From positions 1 through 48,861 of the forward strand of contig JAYWDK010000454.1 of assembly GCA_043779845.1 (NCBI GenBank): 48,861 nucleotides of DNA, read 5' to 3'. Under the pieces are notes generated by a model that worked only from the letters and a program-made list of their open reading frames with translations, did no database searches and was not told the DNA's origin. This document shows, one piece after another, positions 30,931-40,302 of the stretch (its first letter is position 1; each line of letters begins with the position of its first letter). A program made the position numbers and the translations under genes. Source of the DNA: Betaproteobacteria bacterium. GTDB lineage: Bacteria > Pseudomonadota > Gammaproteobacteria > Burkholderiales > Burkholderiaceae_C.

Positions 30931-31863
30931 TCAAGCGCCCTTGGCGGCGGCCACTTGCGCAGCCACTTCGGCAGCGAAATCGTCAACCTTCTTCTCGATG
31001 CCCTCGCCCACCACGTACATGGTGAATGCCGACACTTCGGTGTTGGCGGCCTTGAGCATTTGCTCGACGGTTTGCTTGTCGTTCTTGACAAAGGTCTGGT
31101 TGAACAACGAGACCTCTTTCAAGTACTTCTGCACCGAACCTTCAATGCGTTTTGCAACGATCTCGGGCGACTGCGCCGTCTTGCCCGCGGCGATCGAGGC
31201 GGCTGAATCTTCAGCTGCCTTTTCAGCGGCGATGCGACGCTCTTTTTCAACCAGCTCGGCGGGCACCTGCGCCGACGACAGCGACACCGGCTTCATGGCG
31301 GCCACGTGCATGGCCACGTCCTTGGCGGCCACGTCGTCACCCACATACTCCACCACCACGCCAATGCGCACGCCGTGCAGGTAGGTGGCCAGCTTGCCTT
31401 CGCCAGCAAAGCGCTTGAAGCGGCGGATCGCGACGTTCTCGCCGATCTTGCCGATCAAGCCCGTGCGCACATCTTCAACCGTCGGGCCAAAGCTTTCCAG
31501 CGCCAAGGGCAGGGCCGACAACGCGGCCAGATCGGCCGGATTGTGTTGGGCCACCAGCTCGGCACAAGCTTTGGTGAAGGCCAGGAACGAGTCGTTCTTC
31601 GAGACAAAGTCAGTCTCGCAATTGACTTCAATCATTGCGCCGGCGTTGCCGTCGGTGGCAGACGTGGACGCAATCGCGATCACGCCCTCGGCGGTGATGC
31701 GCGACGCGGCCTTGCCGGCCTTGCTGCCCAGCTTGACGCGCAAAATTTCTTCAGCCCGGCCCATGTCGCCTTCGGCTTCAGTCAGCGCCTTTTTGCATTC
31801 CATCATCGGCGCATCGGTCTTGGCGCGCAGTTCGCCCACCATGCTTGCAGTGATAACTGCCAT
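30931..31863 (-). CDS. tsf: Translation elongation factor Ts
   Basis: [43 protein letters not shown]. Start at ATG 31863 with AGGAG RBS. Confidence 0.97.
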   Translation of the reverse strand: MAVITASMVGELRAKTDAPMMECKKALTEAEGDMGRAEEILRVKLGSKAGKAASRITAEGVIAIASTSATDGNAGAMIEVNCETDFVSKNDSFLAFTKACAELVAQHNPADLAALSALPLALESFGPTVEDVRTGLIGKIGENVAIRRFKRFAGEGKLATYLHGVRIGVVVEYVGDDVAAKDVAMHVAAMKPVSLSSAQVPAELVEKERRIAAEKAAEDSAASIAAGKTAQSPEIVAKRIEGSVQKYLKEVSLFNQTFVKNDKQTVEQMLKAANTEVSAFTMYVVGEGIEKKVDDFAAEVAAQVAAAKGA

Positions 31864-31925
31864 CTTGAATCTCCTGTTGCTGGCGTGCGCTGCCAGAGCG
31901 CACGCAGTTGATTGGTGAACCTCGT

Positions 31926-31949
31926 AAAAAAGGGGCATCAAAGCCCCCT
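31926..31949 (-). terminator. Intrinsic terminator/attenuator between rpsB and tsf
   Basis: Minus strand GGGGC-TTTGAT-GCCCC followed by TTTTTT. Confidence 0.65.
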
Positions 31950-31973
31950 CCTTCAAGGCCATGAGGCGACTAT

Positions 31974-32723
31974 TTACGCGTCGGCGCTCACTTCAACAAA
32001 TTCGTCGGTGCCGGCAGCCACTGCGGTCACGACTTCGTTCAAGGCGTTGGCGCGGCCTTGCAGCACGGCGTCGGCCACGGCCTTGGCGTACAGCGCCACG
32101 GCCTTGGCCGAGTCGTCGTTGCCAGGAATGACGTAGTCAATGCCGATGGGCGAGTGGTTGGTGTCCACCACGCCAATCACCGGAATGCCAAGCTTGATGG
32201 CTTCGGCCACGGCGATCTTGTGATAGCCCACGTCGATCACGAACAGCGCGTCGGGCAGGGCGGCCATGTCCTGAATGCCGCCGATGTCTTTTTCGAGCTT
32301 GGCGAGTTCGCGCTCAAACATCAGGCCTTCTTTTTTGGACAAGGTCTCCAAGCCGCCGGCCTTTTTCGTGACCTGCATTTCCTTGAGCTTCTTCAGCGAA
32401 CCCTTCACCGTCTTGAAGTTGGTGAGCATGCCGCCGAGCCAGCGCTGGTCAACAAAAGGCATGCCCGAACGATGCGCTTCGAGGTTGATCACGTCACGCG
32501 CCTGGCGCTTGGTGCCGACCATCAAAATGGTGCCGCGCTTGCCGCTGAGTTGGCGCACGAACTTCATCGCCTCCTCGAACTTGGGCAGCGTTTTTTCCAG
32601 GTTGATGATGTGAATCTTGTTGCGATGGCCGAAGATGTACGGGGCCATTTTGGGGTTCCAGAAGCGGGTTTGGTGTCCAAAATGGACGCCGGCTTCCAGC
32701 ATTTCACGCATGGTGACTGACAT
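31974..32723 (-). CDS. rpsB: 30S ribosomal protein S2
   Basis: [35 protein letters not shown]. Start at ATG 32723 with GGAG RBS. Confidence 0.98.
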   Translation of the reverse strand: MSVTMREMLEAGVHFGHQTRFWNPKMAPYIFGHRNKIHIINLEKTLPKFEEAMKFVRQLSGKRGTILMVGTKRQARDVINLEAHRSGMPFVDQRWLGGMLTNFKTVKGSLKKLKEMQVTKKAGGLETLSKKEGLMFERELAKLEKDIGGIQDMAALPDALFVIDVGYHKIAVAEAIKLGIPVIGVVDTNHSPIGIDYVIPGNDDSAKAVALYAKAVADAVLQGRANALNEVVTAVAAGTDEFVEVSADA

Positions 32724-32895
32724 GGATTTTCTCCGAAGGTTGGGTCTAGAATCCGGCGCGAATCGCTGGTGGCTTAACGCGGCAAGTGAGGGGGCTTGGA
32801 AAGCCTGAGCGGGCATTTTCAAGCCCATTCAAACAACCCTTCCCGCCCAACTTGCCTAGCCAGTCAGCGACACCTTTTGACAGCCGGTTCGCGAT
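32724..32895 (-). ncRNA. Probable rpsB 5' leader (t44 / S2 autoregulatory element)
   Basis: Directly upstream of rpsB; AAAGGTG near the 5' end and AGACCCAACC just before the RBS recall the conserved rpsB leader motifs. Boundaries approximate; no covariance search was run. Confidence 0.45.
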
Positions 32896-32902
32896 TGACG
32901 TA

Positions 32903-32955
32903 CTGCTTGATTTCCTGCTTGATTTCCTGCTTGAATTACCTGCTTGAATTACCTG
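32903..32955. repeat. Tandem repeat CTGCTTGATTTC x2 + CTGCTTGAATTAC x2
   Basis: Read directly in the rpsB-amidase intergenic region. Confidence 0.9.
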
Positions 32956-33056
32956 TTCTCCCGTGACCAAAATCGGTGCGAACCCTGAAAATAGCGCTCC
33001 CCCCAACCCTGGCCCGCATGGACTCCCAGATAAACCTAAAGAGTATAACCGCTGAC

Positions 33057-34433
33057 ATGGCGCGCGACCTCAGCGCAGCCGCAGCTGCGGTCAAGGCGGG
33101 CCGGATCAGCGCCAGTGAGTTGTTAGCCAACGCACTGATCGCCGCGCAAGGCCCCGACTGCGCGCATGTTTTTGTCCGGCGCTTTGACCATCAAGCCCAA
33201 GCCACTGCGGCCGCCGTTGACCAGGCGCGCTCGGTTGGCGCGCCCTTGCCGCCTTTGGCCGGCTTGGCGGTATCGATCAAAGACTTGTTTGACGTGGCCG
33301 GCCAGCCCACAACGGCGGGCTCGCGGTCCTTGGCCGACGCGGCGCCCGCAGCATTGGATTGCCCTGCCGTGGCGCGTTTGCGGGCCGCCGGGGCGGCTTT
33401 GGTCGGCCACACCAACATGAGCGAATTTGCGTACTCGGGCGTGGGCATCAACCCGCACTTCGGCACGCCGGTCAATACGGTCACCTTGGCGCTCAATGCC
33501 ACGCCGCGCATCCCCGGTGGCAGCACCTCGGGCGGCGCGGTGTCGGTGGCCACGGGCGCCGCCTGGGCCGCGTTGGGCTCGGACACCGGTGGCTCCATCC
33601 GCATCCCGGCCGCGCTGCAAGGCCTGGTGGGCTTCAAGAGCACCCAACGACTCACCCCGCTGGATGGCAGCGTGCCCTTGTCCAGCACACTGGACACGGT
33701 TTGCGCCGTCACCCGCAGCGTTCGTGACGCCGTGCTGGTGCATGGTTTGCTGGCGGCCGTCACGCCGCGCCCGTCGCTGCGGCCCCTGCACGCGCTGCGC
33801 CTGGGCGTGCCCCAAACCGTCATGCTGGATGGCCTGGACGCCGACGTGCAGCGGGCCTTCGAGCACGCGCTGTCGGTGCTGCGCGCTGCGGGGGCACAGA
33901 TCGAAGAGATTGCCCTGTCGCCGCTCAACGAGTTGGCCGACCTGCAATCCCAGGGTGGCTTTGCCGCCGCCGAGAGCTGGGCCTGGCACCGCGACCGGCT
34001 GGCGACGCGGGCAAGCGACTACGACCCGCGCGTGGTTCAGCGCATTCGCCGTGGCGAGGCCATCGGCGCCGCCGACTACATCGACCTGCTGCACCACCGC
34101 CGCCGTTGGATAGTCCAGGTTGAAACCGCCGTGCAAGGTTTTGACGCCCTGCTTTCGCCCACCGTGCCCATGGTGGCGCCCGCCATCGCGCCCCTGCTGG
34201 GCAGCGACAGCCGATTCTTCGCCATCAACGCGCTGCTGCTGCGCAACCCGTCGGCCGTGAACATGCTAGACGGCTGCGCGCTGTCGCTGCCTTGCCAGGC
34301 GTCCGAGCAAATGCCGGTGGGCCTGATGGTGTGGGGGCCGGCCCTGGCTGACGACGTGGTGCTGGGTGCCGCGCTGGCCATTGAAGCCGCCTTGGCTGCG
34401 TCACCGCACGCCAAACCCACCCGAGGTCACTGA
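33057..34433 (+). CDS. Amidase-signature (AS) family amidase
   Basis: PLAGLAVSIKDLFDV (catalytic Lys), GHTNMSEFA, PGGSTSG, GSDTGGSIRIPAA (Ser-cisSer-Lys). Start uncertain (33018 or 33057). Confidence 0.9.
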   Translation: MARDLSAAAAAVKAGRISASELLANALIAAQGPDCAHVFVRRFDHQAQATAAAVDQARSVGAPLPPLAGLAVSIKDLFDVAGQPTTAGSRSLADAAPAALDCPAVARLRAAGAALVGHTNMSEFAYSGVGINPHFGTPVNTVTLALNATPRIPGGSTSGGAVSVATGAAWAALGSDTGGSIRIPAALQGLVGFKSTQRLTPLDGSVPLSSTLDTVCAVTRSVRDAVLVHGLLAAVTPRPSLRPLHALRLGVPQTVMLDGLDADVQRAFEHALSVLRAAGAQIEEIALSPLNELADLQSQGGFAAAESWAWHRDRLATRASDYDPRVVQRIRRGEAIGAADYIDLLHHRRRWIVQVETAVQGFDALLSPTVPMVAPAIAPLLGSDSRFFAINALLLRNPSAVNMLDGCALSLPCQASEQMPVGLMVWGPALADDVVLGAALAIEAALAASPHAKPTRGH

Positions 34434-34435
34434 AG

Positions 34436-35731
34436 ATGCGCATTGCAGTGATAGGCGCCGGCATCGTCGGCGTCACGACAGCGTTTGAGCTGGCGTGTGA
34501 TGGCCACGAGGTCAGCGTTTTTGAGCGCCGCGCCAGCGTGGCCGAAGAAACCAGCTTTGCCAATGCCGGCGTGGTGGCGCCGGGTTATGTCGCGCCCTGG
34601 GCGGCACCGGGCATGCCGGCCAAGGTGATGCGCAACCTCTTCAGCCGCCACGCCGCAATTAGCCTCGCGCGGCCCTCGTCGCCCGGCCAGCGGGCGTGGA
34701 TGTGGCGTTGGTGGCGCGCCTGCAGCGCGCCCACCTACGCGGCCAACCGCGAACGCTTGCACCGCTTGGCCCTGTACAGCCAGCAGCGGCTGCGCGCGCT
34801 GAACCACGCGCTGAAACTGGACCATGAGCAGTCTCAAGGCTATATGGTGTTGCTGCGCACGCCGCAAGACCTGGCGCTGGCCCACGGCGGCCTGAAGCTG
34901 CTGACTGAACTGGGCGTGAAGCACAACTTGCTTGACGCCGCCCAGGCGCGTGGCGTCGAGCCGGGCTTGAACGCTGAAACCGCCCTGCACGCTGCCGTGC
35001 ACCTGCCCAACGAGGACATCGGCAATTGCCGCGAGTTCGCCCATTTGCTGCGTTTTGAGGCCCAGCGGCAAGGCGCGGTTTTTTGCTTTCAGCGCACGGT
35101 CTTGTCGATCACCGCGGGCATGCGGCCCATGGTCGCCCATCACGCCACCGACAGCCCGGCCTCCCCCCGCGAGGAGTATTTTGACGCCGTGGTGGTGTGC
35201 GCCGCGCTGGGCTCGGCGGAGCTGCTGAAGCCATTGGGCCTGCGCCTGCCCATGGCCGCCGTGCACGGCTACTCCATCACCGCGCCCCTGCGCCAGGTTG
35301 AGGCCTATCCGCACCTGGGCCCGGCCTCGGCCGTGATGGACGAAAAATACAAGGTGGCCATCAGCCGCATGGGCCAGCGCGTGCGCGTGGCGGGCGGCGC
35401 CGAGTTGGGCGGGCGGCTTGAGCGCTTTGACGAAGCCGCGATCCAGACCTTGTACAAAGTGCTCGACGACTGGTACCCCGGCTGCGCGCAGCTGGCCCAG
35501 GTGCAGCGCTGGAAAGGTGCGCGGCCGATGCTGCCCGACGGCCCGCCCGTGCTGGGCGCCAGCGGCGCGCCGGGCGTGTGGCTCAACCTGGGCCACGGCT
35601 CCAGCGGCTGGGCGCTGGCCTGCGGCTCGGCCCGCGTGCTGGCCGATCAGGTGGCGGGGCGCACGCCGTCGATCAACACCGAAGGCCTGGACATCGGCCG
35701 ATTGAAGCTCAGCCGCTTGGCTGCGCCATAA
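34436..35731 (+). CDS. D-amino acid dehydrogenase-like FAD oxidoreductase (DadA family)
   Basis: IAVIGAGIVG, ETSFANAG, PWAAPG, GYSIT, RVAG.AE, RPMLPDGPP, NLGHGSSGW..ACGS. Confidence 0.88.
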   Translation: MRIAVIGAGIVGVTTAFELACDGHEVSVFERRASVAEETSFANAGVVAPGYVAPWAAPGMPAKVMRNLFSRHAAISLARPSSPGQRAWMWRWWRACSAPTYAANRERLHRLALYSQQRLRALNHALKLDHEQSQGYMVLLRTPQDLALAHGGLKLLTELGVKHNLLDAAQARGVEPGLNAETALHAAVHLPNEDIGNCREFAHLLRFEAQRQGAVFCFQRTVLSITAGMRPMVAHHATDSPASPREEYFDAVVVCAALGSAELLKPLGLRLPMAAVHGYSITAPLRQVEAYPHLGPASAVMDEKYKVAISRMGQRVRVAGGAELGGRLERFDEAAIQTLYKVLDDWYPGCAQLAQVQRWKGARPMLPDGPPVLGASGAPGVWLNLGHGSSGWALACGSARVLADQVAGRTPSINTEGLDIGRLKLSRLAAP

Positions 35732-35985
35732 CCGCAGGCCGAAGCCGGCGCCAGCTCGCCCACTGGTGCATCAACATGGGCGCGGCCACCGCCGCGCCCA
35801 GCAAGGTGCTGATCAAGCCCGGCGCCACCATCAGCACAGCGCCCAAGCTGCCCAGCGCCTGCTCCCAGCGCTTCATCTCGACCAGCAAGTAACGCGACAG
35901 CGCAGCGGCCAGCAGCGTGATGCCCGGGATGCAGCCGACGAAGGTGCCGTTGAAGTCGTGGCTGATCTCCAGCAAAAAGGCGGGC
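35709..35985 (-). pseudogene. Probable C-terminal remnant of a fused (4TM/12TM, TAXI-type) TRAP permease
   Basis: Frame encodes three hydrophobic segments, DF..TFVGCIPGITLLAAALSRYLLVEMKRWEQAL..LGAVLMVAPG..STLLGAAVAAP.L..QW, matching from memory the tail of such permeases. No credible start or upstream gene body. Confidence 0.55.
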
Positions 35986-36066
35986 CCCGCACTGGGGCCT
36001 TGAAGGGCGCAGTAACGCACAATGAATCAGCCGCTCCAAGGCGGTGAACCCTGGATAGCCAAGCCC

Positions 36067-37620
36067 ATGAACAAGCCTGCGCAGCACCTCGAAACCTTGG
36101 GCGGGCCGCTGCCTGTGCTGCCATCGCGCCGGGCGTGGCCCTTGTTTGATGCGGTGGCCAGCCGGCGCATCGAACGCGCCGCGCTGGCCTGCGCAGAGCC
36201 CCACGCCTTGATGGCCAGTGCCGGCCTCGGCGTGGCCCGATTGGCGCTGGCCATGGCACCGCATGCGCGGCGCATTTGGGTGGCGGCAGGCCCGGGCAAC
36301 AACGGTGGCGATGGCGTGGTGGCCGGCCGTTTTTTGCACCAGCGCGGCCTGGCCGTGCGCATCAGCCTGCTGGGCGATGCGCAGCGTTTGCCGGCCGACG
36401 CGATGCACGCATTGGCACAGGCGCAACAAGCCGGCGTGCCCATCGACCACCAGGCCACAAGCCACTGGGCCGATGGCACTGACGCCGACCTGGCCATCGA
36501 CGCCCTGCTGGGCCTGGGCGCCAGCAGGCCGCCCGAAGGCGCACTGCTGCAAGCCGTGCAACAGATCAATGCCTGTGCGGCCCAGGTGCTGGCCGTGGAC
36601 TTGCCGACCGGCCTGTGCGGTGACACCGGCCGGCGCCTGGGCGACATCGCCGTGCGGGCCCATCACACCCTGGCACTGCTCACGCTCAAGCCGGGCTTGT
36701 TCACCGCAGAGGGCCGTGACCATGCCGGCCGCGTCTGGCTTGATCCATTGGGCGTCGACACCTCGCCGGGCCCCAGCAGCGCCTTGCTGATCGGCCCCGA
36801 GTTTTTGCGCGCCGCGCTCCCTGGGCGCACCCACGCCCAACACAAAGGCAGCTTTGGTGATGTGCTGGTCATTGGAGGCGCGCCAGGCATGGGTGGCGCG
36901 GCCTTGTTGGCGTCGCGTGCGGCCTTGACGGCAGGCGCCGGCCGTGTTTATCTGACGCGGCTGGACGACAATCTCGCGCCTGACGCCCTGCGGCCTGAGT
37001 TGATGCCACGCAGCGTGCAAGCAGCGCTGCGGCCAGCCATGCTGGCGCACACCACCGTGGTGTGCGGCTGCGGCGGCGGTGACATGGTGAGCGACGTGCT
37101 GCCGCAAGTGCTGCAACACGCGGCCCGTCTGGTGCTGGATGCCGACGCGCTGAACGCCGTGGCCAGCGATGCCGCGCTGCGAGCCGCGTTGACCGATCGG
37201 CAATCCCGGGGCCAAGCCACCGTGTTGACGCCGCATCCGCTAGAGGCCGCGCGCCTGCTGGGTGCCAACACCGCTGCGGTGCAGGCAGACCGGCTACACC
37301 AGGCGTCAACCCTGGCCGATCAATTTGGGTGCGTGGTGGTTCTGAAAGGCTCGGGCACAGTGATTGCCGGCCCCGGCCACACGCCCATGATCAACCCCAC
37401 AGGCAATGCCCGGCTGGGCACGGCAGGCACCGGTGACGTGCTGGCCGGTTGGCTGGGCGGGCTGTGGTCACAGATGGCCAACACAAGTGCCTGGGAGGCC
37501 GCAGCGGCCAGTGTTTGGCACCACGGCTGGGCCGCCGAACAGGCCGGTGCAGGTGACCCTCGCCTGCCCCTGCGCGCCAACGACCTGATTGAGGCCATGG
37601 CACAAGGCCGGCTAGCCTGA
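36067..37620 (+). CDS. nnr: Bifunctional NAD(P)H-hydrate epimerase/dehydratase (YjeF)
   Basis: GPGNNGGDG, DALLGLG, DLPTG, HKGSFG, DADAL, TPHPLEA, LKG, GTGDVLAG. Start uncertain (36022 or 36067). Confidence 0.93.
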   Translation: MNKPAQHLETLGGPLPVLPSRRAWPLFDAVASRRIERAALACAEPHALMASAGLGVARLALAMAPHARRIWVAAGPGNNGGDGVVAGRFLHQRGLAVRISLLGDAQRLPADAMHALAQAQQAGVPIDHQATSHWADGTDADLAIDALLGLGASRPPEGALLQAVQQINACAAQVLAVDLPTGLCGDTGRRLGDIAVRAHHTLALLTLKPGLFTAEGRDHAGRVWLDPLGVDTSPGPSSALLIGPEFLRAALPGRTHAQHKGSFGDVLVIGGAPGMGGAALLASRAALTAGAGRVYLTRLDDNLAPDALRPELMPRSVQAALRPAMLAHTTVVCGCGGGDMVSDVLPQVLQHAARLVLDADALNAVASDAALRAALTDRQSRGQATVLTPHPLEAARLLGANTAAVQADRLHQASTLADQFGCVVVLKGSGTVIAGPGHTPMINPTGNARLGTAGTGDVLAGWLGGLWSQMANTSAWEAAAASVWHHGWAAEQAGAGDPRLPLRANDLIEAMAQGRLA

Positions 37621-37687
37621 TGGCCACTCAAACGTTGGCCTCGATCTTGGCCGTGCCGGCTTGAGCGCGTTGCGCGGCCTGGTGGCC

Positions 37688-39946
37688 CTATCGCCGCACG
37701 CGGGTTTTGGCCTGCGTGGCCACACGCGTTTTTTTGCCGGCGGGTGAACCGCGCGAGGCCACCGCCTTGCCACGTGCGGCCTTGCTGGCACGGTCACGCA
37801 CCTGCAGGGCCTTGAGCTCATCGCTGGCCGAAGCACTACCGGCGCCGGCCTTGCGTGGGCGCGCTGCGGGCACCTCGGCCTCGCCTTCGCGCACCAGCCT
37901 GAAATCGATCTTGCGGCTGTCCAGGTCCACCCGGCTGACCTGGATGCGCACGCGTGAGCCCACCGTGTAGCGCACGCCGCTGCGCTCGCCCCGCAACTCT
38001 TGCCGCGCCTCGTCAAACCGAAAGTACTCACCACCCAACTCGGTGATGTGCACCAGGCCTTCAACGTACAACTCGTCAAGCGTGATGAACAGGCCAAAGC
38101 TGGTGACTGCGGTGACCGTGCCCGAATACTCCTCGCCCAAATGATCCCGCATGAAACGGCACTTGAGCCAGGCCTCCACATCACGCGATGCCTCGTCGGC
38201 GCGGCGCTCGTTGGCGCTGCAATGGGCGCCCGCGGCCAACCACAACGCCATGTGCTGCGCGCTGGCCACGGGCTTGGGCAGCGGTTTGCCCGTCTTGCGC
38301 AGAGTCTTGGCGGCGGGCGCTGACGCGGCCGTCTGTTCAACCGCGCCGCCGGCAATCGAATAGCGCTTGCCCAGCAGCAAGGCCTTGATGACGCGGTGCA
38401 CCAGCAAATCAGGGTAGCGCCGAATCGGGCTGGTGAAGTGCGCGTAGGCCTCATACGCCAAACCAAAGTGGCCCGCGTTGCTGGCCGTGTAGACCGCCTG
38501 CTGCATCGAGCGAAGCAGCATGTTGTGGATCTGCGCGGCGTCCACGCGATCTTTGGTGGCCAGCGAGATCGATTGCAACTCCGCCGGCTTGGGATCGTCA
38601 CTCAAGCTAAAGCCCAAGCCGAGCGTGCGCAGGTAGTTTTGCAGCGTCAGACGTTTCTCGGGCGTCGGGCCTTCGTGCACACGGTAGAGCGCGGGGTGTT
38701 TGTGGCTTTCGATGAACTCGGCCGCGCAAACATTGGCCGCCAACATGGCCTCTTCAATCAGCCGGTGCGCCTCGGTGCGGGTGCGCGGCACGATCTTTTC
38801 GATACGGCCGTTGTCGTCGCACACGATCTGCGTCTCGGTGGTTTCGAAGTCGATCGCACCGCGTTGGCCGCGGTGCTTGAGCAAGGCCCGATACACCTCG
38901 TGCAAATGCACCAAATGCGGCACCAAATCCGCGCGGCGCTGCGCCTCGGCACCCCGGGTATTGGCCAAGATGATGGCGACTTCGTTGTAGGTGAGCCGCG
39001 CATGCGAGCGGATCACCGCCGGGTAAAACTGATAAGCGCTGATCTCGCCCGCGCTGCTGACCAGCATGTCGCAGACCATGCTCAAGCGTTCTTCGTCGGG
39101 GTTCAGCGAGCACAAACCATTGCTGATCTTCTCGGGCAGCATGGGGATCACACGGCGCGGAAAGTACACCGACGTGGCACGCTCGTAGGCGTCATCGTCC
39201 AGCGGTTCACCCGGCTTCACGTAGTGGCTCACGTCAGCAATGGCCACGATCAGGCGCCAGCCTTCAAAAGCCGTTTTGCCACGTCCTTGCTTGAGCGGCT
39301 CGCAATACACGGCGTCATCAAAATCGCGCGCGTCTTCGCCGTCAATCGTGACCAGCGGCACATCGGTCAGGTCGATGCGGTTGCGCTTGTCGGCCGGGCG
39401 CACATGGTCAGGCAACGCCGCCGCCTGGGCCAGTGATTCGGCTGAAAACTGATGCGGCACCTCATACTTGCGCACCGCGATCTCAATCTCCATGCCCGGG
39501 TCATCGATCTCGCCCAACACTTCGGTGATGCGCCCGACGGGCTGTGAATACATCGACGGCGGCTCGGTCAACTCGATGGCCACCACTTGCCCCACCGCAG
39601 CGTTGGCCGTGGCGTTTTTCGGGATCAGGATGTCTTGCCCAAAACGCCGATCTTCAGGCGCCACCAACCAGACCCCGTTTTCATGCAGCAAGCGGCCAAT
39701 GATGGGAGATTTGCGCCGCTCGACGATGTCAATCACCCGACCCTCGGGCCGACCTTTGCGGTCAGAGCGCACGACACGAACGCGGATGCGGTCGCGGTGC
39801 ATGACCGAGCGCATTTCTTGCGGCGACAAATAGATGTCGGGCTCGTTGTCGTCACGGCGTACAAAGCCGTGCCCGTCGCGGTGGCCGAGTACCGTGCCCT
39901 CAATTTCGTCCGACTGCGCGTTGGTGGTTTCGGTCGGGTTTGCCAA
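37688..39946 (-). CDS. rnr: Ribonuclease R
   Basis: GHRDGHGF cold-shock domain, TIDGEDARDFDDA, AIADVSHYV, SVYFP..VIPMLPE, HFTSPIRRYPDL..HR, S1 domain, basic tail. The ORF-track start (40009) lies inside the tRNA; in-frame TTG at 39946 used, start uncertain. Confidence 0.93.
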   Translation of the reverse strand: MANPTETTNAQSDEIEGTVLGHRDGHGFVRRDDNEPDIYLSPQEMRSVMHRDRIRVRVVRSDRKGRPEGRVIDIVERRKSPIIGRLLHENGVWLVAPEDRRFGQDILIPKNATANAAVGQVVAIELTEPPSMYSQPVGRITEVLGEIDDPGMEIEIAVRKYEVPHQFSAESLAQAAALPDHVRPADKRNRIDLTDVPLVTIDGEDARDFDDAVYCEPLKQGRGKTAFEGWRLIVAIADVSHYVKPGEPLDDDAYERATSVYFPRRVIPMLPEKISNGLCSLNPDEERLSMVCDMLVSSAGEISAYQFYPAVIRSHARLTYNEVAIILANTRGAEAQRRADLVPHLVHLHEVYRALLKHRGQRGAIDFETTETQIVCDDNGRIEKIVPRTRTEAHRLIEEAMLAANVCAAEFIESHKHPALYRVHEGPTPEKRLTLQNYLRTLGLGFSLSDDPKPAELQSISLATKDRVDAAQIHNMLLRSMQQAVYTASNAGHFGLAYEAYAHFTSPIRRYPDLLVHRVIKALLLGKRYSIAGGAVEQTAASAPAAKTLRKTGKPLPKPVASAQHMALWLAAGAHCSANERRADEASRDVEAWLKCRFMRDHLGEEYSGTVTAVTSFGLFITLDELYVEGLVHITELGGEYFRFDEARQELRGERSGVRYTVGSRVRIQVSRVDLDSRKIDFRLVREGEAEVPAARPRKAGAGSASASDELKALQVRDRASKAARGKAVASRGSPAGKKTRVATQAKTRVRR

Positions 39947-39969
39947 TTGGTTTTGTTTGATGCTATACT
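39940..39969 (+). promoter_or_regulatory. Sigma70-type promoter of tRNA-Leu (TTGCCA-N18-TATACT, extended TG)
   Basis: TTGCCA at 39940-39945 and TGcTATACT at 39961-39969, 12 bp before the tRNA. Confidence 0.65.
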
Positions 39970-39981
39970 CCTGCTTTCGCT

Positions 39982-40066
<85 letters not shown>

Positions 40067-40073
40067 AAATGAT

Positions 40074-40107
40074 AAAGGCCAGCACATTCGTGCTGGCCTT
40101 TTGTTTT
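40074..40107 (+). terminator. Intrinsic terminator after tRNA-Leu (possibly bidirectional)
   Basis: AAAGGCCAGCAC-ATTC-GTGCTGGCCTTT followed by TGTTTT. Confidence 0.85.
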
Positions 40108-40302
40108 GGTCGATCGCTTGTCTTGTGGGTTAACTTGTGGATTGACTTGTGATGCGGCAATGAAGCCAGCAACGGGGTTGGTAGCCAGCAAGTTGTGACG
40201 GCCCGCTTGGCCAAACACGTCATCAGACCCGGAGGTCTTGACGCATTGCCGGGTAGGCCGCTCGCCACTCAAATGAGGCACTCGCTCAATGCGCCGGCCC
40301 GC

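Noticed and set aside
17485-32723. Gene order frr-uppS-cdsA-dxr and the lpxB/rnhB overlap
   Set aside because: This is the standard betaproteobacterial arrangement of the core superoperon.
32903-32955. Short repeat arrays as possible CRISPR
   Set aside because: Units are 12-13 bp, directly adjacent with no spacers, and no cas genes are present.
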